From Gemmatimonadota bacterium (lineage in GTDB: Bacteria > Gemmatimonadota > Gemmatimonadetes > Palauibacterales > Palauibacteraceae), in contig JBDLJJ010000002.1 in the NCBI GenBank assembly GCA_039714435.1, forward strand, positions 1 through 61,018: a DNA stretch of 61,018 nt. The letters run 5' to 3'. Both the position numbers and the translations under genes were made by a program. Numbering within the stretch: position 1 is the stretch's first letter; each line of letters opens with the position of its first letter. The notes beneath the pieces were generated by a model that was given only the letters and a program-made list of their open reading frames with translations, had not been told where the DNA came from and searched no databases. This document shows positions 38,065 to 47,476 of the stretch, piece after piece.

Positions 38065-39275
38065 CCGCGCGCGGTATCCCAGGCAGCGCCCAGCCAGGAA
38101 AGGGAGCCCGCCTTTACGCCGCGGCGGGCCATCACTTTCTCTGCCGTATCGAGAAACTTCTTGCGCTCATGGACCGCGGCCTCGGGTCCGAAGCCCCACG
38201 AAAACGGAGGCACCCAAACAGGGGGTCGCCCGTCCCCGAACAGATTGCACCCGGCTCCGATGACGGAACCGGTTCCCAGCATCGTGCCGATGGCTGTCTT
38301 GGTGTGATCCCCCAGAAGACTGCCGAGCTTCGTAAGGCCTGTGTGGACTGAGCCCTCAGGGCCCGCGAGGCGCACCTCGCCGTAGTTGTTCTTGAGGTCG
38401 CTGGTCGTGGACAGAGCTCCCAGGTTTACCCAGCGGCCCAGGTAGCTGTGCCCGATAAAGCCGTCGTGCGCCTTATTGGTGTAGCCCAGGATCACGCTGT
38501 CCTCCATCTCGCCACGGAGATAGCTACACGGTCCGGCCGCGATGCCGCTCATCGATCCACCCAGCAAACGGCAATCGGCGCCCACCCACATCGGCCCGGC
38601 CAGCCGGGATCCGGTGCGCACCTCGGTACCCTGGCCCAGATAGACCGCGCCTTCGCGCGTGTCGAACAGGACTCCAGGCTCGATCTGCACATCGGGGCCG
38701 GCCAGCACGAGGCCGTCGCCCACCCGCTGCTCCACGTCCAGAACCTGGCAGTTGCTGTCCGTTGACTGTGAGGCAAGCTCGAGATCCGCGGCCAGCCGGC
38801 CACGAAGTCCACCGACCAGGTGCCACGGCCCGCCGAGCAGCTCACCGTGCAGCGCTACGTTGGGCGAGTCGCTCAGAGGCTCGAGAGACGCCAATTGCTC
38901 CGCGTCGACATTGGGAGTGCCAGCGGGGAGGATGTAGCCGGCCACTGAACCCAGCAGCCGCAGGGTTCGGGCGCCGCCTTCCTCGAGCTCGGCTACGGGA
39001 AACGCATCGACGACGGCCCGGCTCGTTACTAACAGCCGAGTCTCGTCAACCGGTAGGTTCTCGACGGCCTCCCGTGCGCGTCCGGCGGGCGCGCCCTGCT
39101 CCGAGAAGCCGCCCAACCAGGCACGAGTGAACGTCGCCGAGGCCTGCAGACCGGTAGCCTTCTCGATCCGGCCGCGCAGCGTCAGCGCCCCGTACAGGAG
39201 CTCAGCGATGGGTCTCGTAAGCGCGAACGGATGCCAGGTGTCCGCAACCGTGTCGTCAAACATGTATAGATTCAA
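38061..39275 (-). CDS. Putative sugar nucleotidyltransferase with degenerate NTP-transferase N-domain plus left-handed beta-helix (TIGR03991-like as recalled)
   Basis: 404 aa. The N-terminus MNLYMFDD...PFALTRPIAELLYGALTL lacks the GxGxR signature. The C-terminal half has hexapeptide-like repeats (IGHSYLGRWVNLGA, IGTMLGTGSVIGAGCNL). Confidence 0.72.
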   Translation of the reverse strand: MNLYMFDDTVADTWHPFALTRPIAELLYGALTLRGRIEKATGLQASATFTRAWLGGFSEQGAPAGRAREAVENLPVDETRLLVTSRAVVDAFPVAELEEGGARTLRLLGSVAGYILPAGTPNVDAEQLASLEPLSDSPNVALHGELLGGPWHLVGGLRGRLAADLELASQSTDSNCQVLDVEQRVGDGLVLAGPDVQIEPGVLFDTREGAVYLGQGTEVRTGSRLAGPMWVGADCRLLGGSMSGIAAGPCSYLRGEMEDSVILGYTNKAHDGFIGHSYLGRWVNLGALSTTSDLKNNYGEVRLAGPEGSVHTGLTKLGSLLGDHTKTAIGTMLGTGSVIGAGCNLFGDGRPPVWVPPFSWGFGPEAAVHERKKFLDTAEKVMARRGVKAGSLSWLGAAWDTARG

Positions 39276-40312
39276 ACGTCCGCCCCGTTCTCGAGCTGAT
39301 CCAACATCTCCTTGAGCCGCTCTGCTCCGCCACGGCTGGTTACCAGAGTCTGATCGCCGCTATGCACTACTACCAGGCCCTCGACGTCAAACAGCACTAC
39401 GCGCCCGTCCTCGGACCATACGATGTTATCCGACGCCTCCCGCAGGCGAACGGAGCCGACGACATGATTGCCGTCGCTGTCGGCGGGCTTGGTGCGGCTC
39501 ACAGCGCCCCACGTGCCCACGTCGTCCCAGGCGAACGTCGCTTCGACGACCTCTACGTTGTCGGCCCGCTCGAGGACTCCGACGTCGACGCTGATAGGGC
39601 TCACGTGGTCGAAGAAAGCGGCGTGATCTCCACGCTCCAGATGTGGAAACGCCTGGTTGATTTCAGGTGTCAGTTCTCGCACCGCGGCCAGGAAATCGGC
39701 CGCCCGCCAGGCGAAGATGCCGCTATTCCATACGTACTCCCCGGAGGCGACGTAGGTTGCGGCTCTCATCCTGTCCGGCTTCTCTTCGAACCGCCTGACC
39801 TTGCGCACGCCGGGGTCGGTTTCCTCGCCCAGCCTGATGTAACCGTAGCCTGTGTCCGGGCGCTCCGGATGGACTCCCACACAAACCAGCGCGTTTCGTG
39901 TCTCGGCCGCCTGAACGGCTCGTTCCAGAGACTTCCGAAACTCCTCCAGGGGAGAGATCACGTGGTCCGCGTGCAGTGAAACCATGATCGCTTCCGGATC
40001 CTCCAGCCACAGCCGATATGCCGCCCAGGCGAGCACCGGGCCCGTGCCGGCGGCCCTCGGCTCCAAGAAGAAATGATCGTCGGTCAGCCACGGCTCTACC
40101 TGGCGGAACAGGTCGGCCAGACGCTCGCCGGCCAGGATTCGGACTTTGTCTCGGCCGGCCAGTTCGCAAGCTCGAGCCAGAGCGTCGGAGATGAGCGGAC
40201 TGTCCCCGCCGAGCGGCAGGAGCTGTTTGGGCCGCGCTGGTGTAGAAGCGGGCCAGAACCGGGATCCGACTCCACCAGCCAGGATCACGACGTGTGGTCG
40301 CATGGGTGGCAA
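39272..40312 (-). CDS. Mannose-1-phosphate guanylyltransferase-type nucleotidyltransferase
   Basis: 346 aa with VILAGGVGSRFWPAS...PKQLL, DHVI and NSGIFAW. It lacks the C-terminal cupin/isomerase domain. Confidence 0.85.
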   Translation of the reverse strand: MPPMRPHVVILAGGVGSRFWPASTPARPKQLLPLGGDSPLISDALARACELAGRDKVRILAGERLADLFRQVEPWLTDDHFFLEPRAAGTGPVLAWAAYRLWLEDPEAIMVSLHADHVISPLEEFRKSLERAVQAAETRNALVCVGVHPERPDTGYGYIRLGEETDPGVRKVRRFEEKPDRMRAATYVASGEYVWNSGIFAWRAADFLAAVRELTPEINQAFPHLERGDHAAFFDHVSPISVDVGVLERADNVEVVEATFAWDDVGTWGAVSRTKPADSDGNHVVGSVRLREASDNIVWSEDGRVVLFDVEGLVVVHSGDQTLVTSRGGAERLKEMLDQLENGADV

Positions 40313-40440
40313 GGTAACATGGGTGCGCGGTCCCGCACACGGGAGATTCCGCGTGTGAGGCGAAGATACCCCGAGTGCTTGACACTATTTCAGGTGGCCC
40401 GGCATCTTGGCCAATTCGCACCCTTAACTTCGGACGAATT

Positions 40441-40992
40441 GTGCTTAAACGACATCTGATCGCCTTTGGCGGCTGTACGGCGCTGCTCACGGGCTGTAGC
40501 GATACTCTGGGGACCACGCTGATCCCGAATCCAACGGAACCCACCGAGGTATCGTTGTTCGATTTCAATAATGGCAGTCTTCTCGACCCGTCGGCCTACG
40601 ACCTCCTGAACGATGTGCCGGTCCGGACGGACCAGATTGCGAACTGGGACTTTCTTTTCGCACTCGCCCCGGACGGCAGCGCCACGCTCGAGCCACGCTC
40701 GGCGGTCACCGGAGAGGAATCCGATGCGGCTCTTCAGCTGTCTTCGGACACTTTCAACGGTATAACGCTGGCGCCGACGGACGGGTATTCCACGGGGGCG
40801 CTAGCCGTCCAGGAGGGCGACGTCCTGTTCGCCGTGAGCCGGCGTAATCCTGTTTTCCAGCTGCGCTGCCGCCTGTTCGCCAAGTTCGAAGTGCTGTCGA
40901 TCGATACGGACGCTCTGGAGATGCGGCTGCGGTTTGTACGGAACCCGAACTGCGAGCAGACAGACCTGCAGCTCGCCGAGGCCGAGGCCTAG
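40441..40992 (+). CDS. Hypothetical lipoprotein
   Basis: Lipobox ALLTG-C after a basic N-terminus (VLKRHLIAFGG). GTG 40441 chosen as start. No family recognised. Confidence 0.55.
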   Translation: MLKRHLIAFGGCTALLTGCSDTLGTTLIPNPTEPTEVSLFDFNNGSLLDPSAYDLLNDVPVRTDQIANWDFLFALAPDGSATLEPRSAVTGEESDAALQLSSDTFNGITLAPTDGYSTGALAVQEGDVLFAVSRRNPVFQLRCRLFAKFEVLSIDTDALEMRLRFVRNPNCEQTDLQLAEAEA

Positions 40993-40995
40993 GCC

Positions 40996-42276
40996 TTGCT
41001 CGACATCAAAACCCTGCGTTCCGATCCGTCGGCGGTTCGGGCCGGGCTGACACTTCGCGGCGATAAAGAAGCTCTGGCTTCCCTCGACCTGTGTCTTTCG
41101 CTGGACGAGCGCCGGCGGGCGCTCATCGGGGAAGTGGAAGTGCTGAAGGCACGCCGCAACGAGGCGTCGCGTGAGGTCGGCGAGCGGAAGCAGCGCGGAG
41201 AAGACGCCGAGGAGCTGGTAAGCGAAATGAAGGGCGTGTCGGACGAGATAAAGGCGCTCGACCGAGTACTCACGGGCATCGACGAGCAGCTTCGGGGCGT
41301 ACTCCTGGGTCTCCCCAATCCTCCGGACGGCCGCGTGCCGGCGGGCGCGGAGGGCGAGGGGCCGGTGCTTCGGGAGTGGGGAGAGAAAGCGTCATTCGAG
41401 TTCGAGCCGGTTTCCCACTGGGATCTCGGCGCACGACTGGGGATTCTGGATCTGGAGCGGGCGTCGCGCATCTCCGGCTCGGGTTTTCCGCTTTTACTCG
41501 GAGCGGGTGCTCGTCTTTCCCGTGCCCTCATTCAATTCATGCTCGACCTCCACGTGGAGGAACACGGCTACGTGGAAGTCGCACCACCGCTGCTGGTCAA
41601 CCGCGATGCGCTTACGGCTACCGGTCAGCTACCCAAGTTTGAAGAGGACGTGTACCGGACCGAGCCCGACGATCTGTTTCTCGTCCCCACGGCCGAGGTT
41701 CCGGTGACCAATCTTCACTGCGGCGACATCCTGGATGAATCGGAGCTTCCCGTTGCCTACGTTGCCCACACTCCTTGTTTCCGCCGTGAGGCGGGCGCGG
41801 CGGGGCGTGATACCAGGGGTCTGCTCAGGGTGCACCAGTTCGACAAGATCGAACTCGTCCGTTTCTGCGCCCCGCAGGCCGCCGAGGAGCAACTGGAGTC
41901 GCTCACGCGCCATGCCGAAGTGGTGCTGGAGCGGCTCGGCCTTACGTACCGCCGTATTCTGCTGCCAGCCGGCGATCTCGGGTTCGCTAATTCGATAACG
42001 TACGACCTCGAGGTGTGGGCTCCGGGCGTCGAGAAATGGCTGGAAGTTTCCAGTTGCTCCAGCTATACGGATTTTCAGGCCCGCCGTGGTGGGATACGCT
42101 ACCGGCCTGCCGGCGGCGGAAAGCCTGGTTTTGTAACGACGCTGAACGGATCGGGCGTGGCTATCGCCCGCACCCTGGTAGCTGTGCTGGAGCACGGTCA
42201 GGAAGAGGACGGATCAGTCCGAATTCCACGGGTCCTGCAGCCGTACATGGGAACTGATCGTCTGACCGTACCGTGA
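40996..42276 (+). CDS. serS: Seryl-tRNA synthetase
   Basis: TTG start giving MLDIKTLRSDP. N-terminal coiled coil and class II motifs (FRREAG, GSGVAIARTLVAVLE). Confidence 0.96.
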   Translation: MLDIKTLRSDPSAVRAGLTLRGDKEALASLDLCLSLDERRRALIGEVEVLKARRNEASREVGERKQRGEDAEELVSEMKGVSDEIKALDRVLTGIDEQLRGVLLGLPNPPDGRVPAGAEGEGPVLREWGEKASFEFEPVSHWDLGARLGILDLERASRISGSGFPLLLGAGARLSRALIQFMLDLHVEEHGYVEVAPPLLVNRDALTATGQLPKFEEDVYRTEPDDLFLVPTAEVPVTNLHCGDILDESELPVAYVAHTPCFRREAGAAGRDTRGLLRVHQFDKIELVRFCAPQAAEEQLESLTRHAEVVLERLGLTYRRILLPAGDLGFANSITYDLEVWAPGVEKWLEVSSCSSYTDFQARRGGIRYRPAGGGKPGFVTTLNGSGVAIARTLVAVLEHGQEEDGSVRIPRVLQPYMGTDRLTVP

Positions 42277-43448
42277 GGCGCCGCCGGTTCGCGCTAGGAA
42301 TAGCGCTCGCCTTCTCTGCTATCCTGCTGTCCTATCTCGTATACACGACCAGGATCGCCAATACGCTGCGCCGGGACGCGGGCTCCTACAGCCGCATCTA
42401 TTTTCGTGTCGTCCAGAGCGCCGTGTCGCAGGACGGGCTGTCCTTCGAGAGTATGCTGGAGCTGTTGGACGAACTGTATAAGATCGAGATTCCGGTCGTG
42501 CTCACCGACGTTCAGGGTCTGCCCAACGACGCCCGCAACCTTCCGTTCGAGGCTGACCTCAGTGACCCCGCCGGCCAGGAGCGAGTACGTGAGTACGTGG
42601 CCAGGCTTGATGCCCGTTCCATTCCCCTGGTTGATTCCACGCTGAACCTTGTCGTGCACTACGGAGAGCCGGTGTCTCTGCGCCGGCTGAAGTGGATCCC
42701 GTGGCTCCAGGCGGCGCTGCTACTCGGGGTTCTATTGCTCGGTTGGTGGGTCGTACGAGAGGCAAGCAGGGGAGAGCGGGAACGGCTCTGGACAGCGATG
42801 GCCCGGGAGTCCGCCCACCAGATGGGAACGCCCTTGAGTTCGCTGTCCGGCTGGCTGGAGCTGGCGGCGGGGCCTGAAGGCCTGGCCGGGGCAGAGGACG
42901 TGGACGTGCTGGCCGAGATGGAGGCGGATGTGGGCCGTCTGCGTAAGGTGTCGCGGCGCTTCGAGCTGATCGGCCTGGCGCCCGAACTGGGGCGGGTCGA
43001 TCTGGCGCCCATTCTTGAAGGCCTGCAGAGCTATTTTTCGGCGCGCCTACCTTCTCTGGCGAGTCGTGTACGCCTGAACCTGGACCTGCCGCCCGAAGGG
43101 CCTGTTCTTCGGGGCAGCTCGACACTGCTTGAGTGGGGGTTCGAAAACCTGATCAAGAACGCACTGGATTCCCTGGCCGGGCGCGAGGGTGAAATCCGTA
43201 TCGCGTACGTCGGCCTCGAAAACAATCGCGCCGTGCTGCGCGTAAGCGACGACGGCCCGGGCGTGCCACTGGAAGTGCGGGACCGGCTGTTCGATGTCGG
43301 CGTCACGACCAAGGAAGGCGGGTGGGGAGTCGGTTTGTCTCTGACGCGGCGGATTTTCGTCGAGATGCACGGAGGTGATATTCAGCTCGAATCCACGCCC
43401 GGCGGAGCCTCGTTTCGGATCGAGCTTCCGCTGGTGGGGGCTGCCTGA
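42273..43448 (+). CDS. Membrane sensor histidine kinase (orphan)
   Basis: Two TM segments flank a ~130-aa extracytoplasmic region. H-box ESAHQMGTPLSSL with no intervening HAMP, N-box NLIKNALDS, G1 DDGPGV and G2 GGWGVGLSL. Overlaps serS (GTGA) and pcrA (TGATG). Confidence 0.85.
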   Translation: MRRRRFALGIALAFSAILLSYLVYTTRIANTLRRDAGSYSRIYFRVVQSAVSQDGLSFESMLELLDELYKIEIPVVLTDVQGLPNDARNLPFEADLSDPAGQERVREYVARLDARSIPLVDSTLNLVVHYGEPVSLRRLKWIPWLQAALLLGVLLLGWWVVREASRGERERLWTAMARESAHQMGTPLSSLSGWLELAAGPEGLAGAEDVDVLAEMEADVGRLRKVSRRFELIGLAPELGRVDLAPILEGLQSYFSARLPSLASRVRLNLDLPPEGPVLRGSSTLLEWGFENLIKNALDSLAGREGEIRIAYVGLENNRAVLRVSDDGPGVPLEVRDRLFDVGVTTKEGGWGVGLSLTRRIFVEMHGGDIQLESTPGGASFRIELPLVGAA

Positions 43449-45712
43449 TGGCCGGGCCACAGCTAAACGCTGAGCAGCACAGCGCGGTCCAGCACGGCCT
43501 GGGCCCCCTCCTTGTCCTGGCCGGCGCGGGTTCCGGAAAGACCCGCGTGCTTACGGCCCGAGTAGCGCGTCTCATCGAGGAGGAAGGGGTAGCGCCGCAT
43601 CAGATTCTGGCCATGACCTTCACGAACAAGGCGGCCGGGGTCATGCGAGACCGAATCGCGGACCTCATCGGAGGCGAGCCGCGTGGACTCTGGGTCGGGA
43701 CATTTCACTCGATCGCGGCACGCGTTTTGAGGCGCGAATCGGAGGGCGCCTCCAGGACTCGCGGCTTTACGATCTATGATTCAGACGACACCCTGCGCGT
43801 GATACGGCGGGCTATGGAGGAGGCTGGTCTGGATACGCAGCGCTGGTCGCCGCAGGCGATTCGGGGGCGCATCTCAGACGCCAAGAGCGCGCTCGTGACG
43901 GCGCCGGACTACTCCGCCACCGCCTTCAATCTCATGTCCAAAGCAGTCGCCAGTGTGTACCCCATATACGAGCGCATGCTGGTGCAGGCCAACGCGTACG
44001 ACTTTGATGACCTGCTTCTCCATACGGCCCTCCTTCTGGAGAACAACCCGCCCATCGGAGATCACTACGCGGATCGATTCCTGCACATTCTGGTGGATGA
44101 GTATCAGGATACGAACCACGCCCAGTACCGAATCGTCCGCCGGCTGGCCGAAGGACACGGCAACGTGTGCGTGGTGGGGGATGACGATCAGTCGATCTAC
44201 GGTTGGCGCGGCGCCGATGTGAGAAACATTCTGGACTTCGAACGTGATTTTCCGGGCACAGAGGTCGTTCGCCTGGAGCAGAATTATCGCTCCAGCGCCT
44301 CGATAATCGATGTGGCCAACGCGGTCATCGCTCTCAACCGTTCGCGGAAAGAGAAGAGACTGCGAACCGAGCGCGGCGCCGGAGACTCTGTCGTCGTGGC
44401 CCGATTGCGGGATGAGAAGGCCGAGGCCAAGTGGGTTGTGGAGCGATTCAAGGCCTTCGGAGTTCGCGCCACCGACTGTACGATTCTGTACCGCACGAAC
44501 GCGCAGTCGCGTCCGCTCGAGGAGGCGCTGCGCCGGGTCCGGATTCCGTACCGCGTCGTGGGGGGAGTCCGCTTCTACGAACGGCGCGAGATCAAGGATG
44601 TCCTGTCCTACCTCCTCCTGACCGTGAACCCTGCCGACGAAACCGCGTTCGGCAGGGCCGTGTCGTGGCCGCGCCGGGGGATCGGCTCAGTCACCCTGGA
44701 GCGGCTTCGTGACTGGGCTTCCGCGCAGGGCGTGCCACTCCTGGCCGCCGCTGAACGTGCGGCCGAAATACCCGGGCTCCCGCCGGCTGGGGCCCGCGCT
44801 CTGGTGGACTTCGCGGCCGCCATCGCGGCGCTCCGGAACCTGAGCCAGGAGGAGACTGTCGAAGCGGTGCTGCGGGAGTGTCTTTCGTCGTGCGGGCTGA
44901 TCGCGGCCCTGGAATCGGAGGATGACGGAGAGGACCGGCTGGCCAACGTCACGGAGCTGCTAGCCGCTACGGCCGCCTTCGACCCGTCTCAGGTAGAGGA
45001 CGCCGATGCGGAGGCCACTGACCTCGAACTCTATCTTCAGTCCGCGGCGCTGCAGACGGATGCCGACGAAATGGACGATTCGGAAGACTGCATCACAATG
45101 ATGACGATCCACAGCGCCAAGGGGCTCGAGTTTCCAGTGGTATTTCTGGTCGGCCTCGAGGACGGCCTGTTTCCGCTGGCCCGGGCTTCGGAATCGGAGG
45201 AAGAGCTTGAAGAGGAGCGCCGCCTCTTTTATGTAGGTGTCACACGAGCTGAGGACCATCTTCTCCTCTCGCACGCGGATCGGCGCTGGAGGTACGGAGC
45301 CGAGAGCCGGTCGGCCCCGTCTCCCTTCCTCCAGGAACTACCCGATGAATCAGTACGCCGCGTGCACGTCGGGGGACGGTCGGCCGGGCCGGTTCCGGCT
45401 TACAGGGCGCACAGGCCGCGCCAGCCAGCACCGTCGACGGGCGCCCCACCCGAGACTAGGTTTTCATGGCGGCGAAGCCCGGGCCGGGATTCTCGCCCCG
45501 GCCCGCAGCCTGCGGGGGTCCGGTATGACTTCGGAGATACGCAGGAGCCGCTCCGCATCGAACCTGGCGCCCGGGTCGTCCATCCCCATTTCGGATCCGG
45601 TGAGATCCTGACGGTCAGTGGGCACGGCACTTCTGTGAAGGCCGATATCGAGTTCGAAGGATACGGAACGAAGAGGGTCGTGGTAGCGCACGCGCACTTG
45701 CGGCCCGAGTGA
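43448..45712 (+). CDS. pcrA: ATP-dependent DNA helicase PcrA/UvrD (SF1)
   Basis: Walker A AGAGSGKT, TFTNKAA, DEYQDTN, VGDDDQSIYGWRGA, YRS, TIHSAKGLEFPVVF and YVGVTRA, plus a C-terminal Tudor-like VVHPHFGSGEIL. Confidence 0.93.
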   Translation: MAGPQLNAEQHSAVQHGLGPLLVLAGAGSGKTRVLTARVARLIEEEGVAPHQILAMTFTNKAAGVMRDRIADLIGGEPRGLWVGTFHSIAARVLRRESEGASRTRGFTIYDSDDTLRVIRRAMEEAGLDTQRWSPQAIRGRISDAKSALVTAPDYSATAFNLMSKAVASVYPIYERMLVQANAYDFDDLLLHTALLLENNPPIGDHYADRFLHILVDEYQDTNHAQYRIVRRLAEGHGNVCVVGDDDQSIYGWRGADVRNILDFERDFPGTEVVRLEQNYRSSASIIDVANAVIALNRSRKEKRLRTERGAGDSVVVARLRDEKAEAKWVVERFKAFGVRATDCTILYRTNAQSRPLEEALRRVRIPYRVVGGVRFYERREIKDVLSYLLLTVNPADETAFGRAVSWPRRGIGSVTLERLRDWASAQGVPLLAAAERAAEIPGLPPAGARALVDFAAAIAALRNLSQEETVEAVLRECLSSCGLIAALESEDDGEDRLANVTELLAATAAFDPSQVEDADAEATDLELYLQSAALQTDADEMDDSEDCITMMTIHSAKGLEFPVVFLVGLEDGLFPLARASESEEELEEERRLFYVGVTRAEDHLLLSHADRRWRYGAESRSAPSPFLQELPDESVRRVHVGGRSAGPVPAYRAHRPRQPAPSTGAPPETRFSWRRSPGRDSRPGPQPAGVRYDFGDTQEPLRIEPGARVVHPHFGSGEILTVSGHGTSVKADIEFEGYGTKRVVVAHAHLRPE

Positions 45713-45728
45713 AACTGAAGCGAGTCAG

Positions 45729-46040
45729 ATGACCAGAATAGATCCGGAAACGGTACGGCATGTCGCGCGGTTGGCGCGCTTGCGTCTAGACGAGGCCGAG
45801 GTCGACCAGTTGGGGTCCGAGATGTCGTCCATCCTGGACCATTTCGCGGCGCTCGAAGAAGTTGACGTGGCGCGGCAGGAAGGCCCCACTCCCCGCTCCA
45901 TCGACCCGTTTCTGCGCCAGGATGTGGAATCGGCGGATCAGCTTACCCTGCCGGTCGAGTCACTGGCCCCTGACGTGCGGGCCGGTCTGATCGTGGTGCC
46001 CAGACTGGATGCTCTGGGCGGGAAGAACGGCGAGTCATGA
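45729..46040 (+). CDS. gatC: Asp/Glu-tRNA amidotransferase subunit C
   Basis: 103 aa with VRHVARLARLRLDEAE...ILDHF. It is followed by gatA with an ATGA overlap. Confidence 0.9.
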   Translation: MTRIDPETVRHVARLARLRLDEAEVDQLGSEMSSILDHFAALEEVDVARQEGPTPRSIDPFLRQDVESADQLTLPVESLAPDVRAGLIVVPRLDALGGKNGES

Positions 46041-47476
46041 TCCGGACGATCGACGAGGCCCGGAGCCTCCTGGCCGGCGGATCCACGGGGCGGGATCTGC
46101 TCGAGCGCGCGGCCGCACGTCAGGCCGAGCTGGAGTCGGAAGATCCGGCCCTCAACGCGTTCCTGAGCACGATCGAGCCTGAAAGTCAGCTCGGTTCCGG
46201 CCAGGAAGCCGGCCCGCTGGCTGGCGTCCCGTACGCGGTGAAGGACAACATCTGCACGCCCGACCTGCCGACTACCTGCGGCTCGTTGATCCTGGAGGGC
46301 TATCGGTCTCCTTTCAGCGCTACCGCGGTGGCGCGTCTGGACGCGGCCGGCGCACGCCTGTTCGGGAAGACGAACTGCGACGAATTCGCCATGGGCTCGT
46401 CTACAGAAAACAGTGCCTTCGGGCCCAGCCGGAATCCGTTCGACCGAGACCGGGTGCCGGGCGGCAGCTCGGGCGGCAGCGCCGCAGCTGTAGCGGCCGG
46501 AGTAGTACCCTTCGCGCTGGGCTCCGAAACCGGAGGGTCCGTACGACAGCCCGCCTCGTTCTGCGGACTCGTGGGCCTCAAGCCGTCTTACGGGCGGGTG
46601 AGCAGATACGGACTGGTTGCGTTCGCCTCGAGCCTGGATCAGATCGGCATTCTGACGCGCGGAGTGCGCGACGCGGGACAGGTGCTGGAGATTATCTCTG
46701 GCCCGGATCCGCGAGATGCTACCTGTCAGGACCGTCCGCTTCCGCGCGCGGCCGCGCTGGACGGGGTGCAGCTGGACGGACAGGTGATCGGAGTACCGGA
46801 AGAATACCTCGGCTTCGGTCTGGACGGCGAGGTCCGGCAGGCCTTTGACGCCGCCCTGGGACAGCTCGAACAAGCGGGCGCGCGGATCCGCGAGGTGTCT
46901 CTGCCCAGCGCGCCGTCCGCCATTCCCTGCTACTACGTCATTGCTCCGGCGGAAGCCTCCAGCAATCTGGCTCGCTACGACGGGGTGCGATACGGCTTCA
47001 GGGACGGGTCCGGCGCCGGGCTGGAGGATTTGTACTCGCGAACTCGGGCGGGAGGCTTCGGTGCAGAGGTGAAGCGCCGGATCATGCTCGGCACGTTTGC
47101 GCTCTCGGCCGGTTACTTCGATGAGTACTATGGCCGGGCATTGCTCGTCCGGCAGGCCATCGCGAATGACTTTGAACGCGTATTCGATTCGGGAGTGGAC
47201 GCCCTGTTTACCCCTACGACCCCGACCCCAGCGTTTCGGCTGGGCGAAAAAATAGCAAATCCGTACGACATGTATCTGTCCGATGTGTACACTGTATCCG
47301 CTAACCTGGCGGGGCTTCCCGCCGTCTCCGTGCCGATCGGCAACATCGGGGGGCTGCCGGTCGGAGCACAGTTCATGGCGCCGCGTTTTACAGAAGAGAC
47401 CATGCTCGGGCTGGCCGTACGCCTGGAAGAGCTGGTGGGCTACGCGCCGCCCGATGTGGATGGGGCAGCCGCATGA
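46037..47476 (+). CDS. gatA: Asp/Glu-tRNA amidotransferase subunit A
   Basis: Amidase signature GGSSGGSAAAVAAG...GSETGGSVRQPA, plus KDNI. Confidence 0.96.
   Translation: MIRTIDEARSLLAGGSTGRDLLERAAARQAELESEDPALNAFLSTIEPESQLGSGQEAGPLAGVPYAVKDNICTPDLPTTCGSLILEGYRSPFSATAVARLDAAGARLFGKTNCDEFAMGSSTENSAFGPSRNPFDRDRVPGGSSGGSAAAVAAGVVPFALGSETGGSVRQPASFCGLVGLKPSYGRVSRYGLVAFASSLDQIGILTRGVRDAGQVLEIISGPDPRDATCQDRPLPRAAALDGVQLDGQVIGVPEEYLGFGLDGEVRQAFDAALGQLEQAGARIREVSLPSAPSAIPCYYVIAPAEASSNLARYDGVRYGFRDGSGAGLEDLYSRTRAGGFGAEVKRRIMLGTFALSAGYFDEYYGRALLVRQAIANDFERVFDSGVDALFTPTTPTPAFRLGEKIANPYDMYLSDVYTVSANLAGLPAVSVPIGNIGGLPVGAQFMAPRFTEETMLGLAVRLEELVGYAPPDVDGAAA

Noticed and set aside
40313-40440. Divergent intergenic region with TTGACA (about 40378) and an imperfect inverted repeat CACACG-10 nt-CGTGTG (about 40338-40359), considered as a promoter/operator pair.
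   Set aside because: There is no convincing -10 at proper spacing (CATCTT after 18 nt), and the inverted repeat is short and unremarkable for GC-rich DNA. It is too weak to report as a feature.
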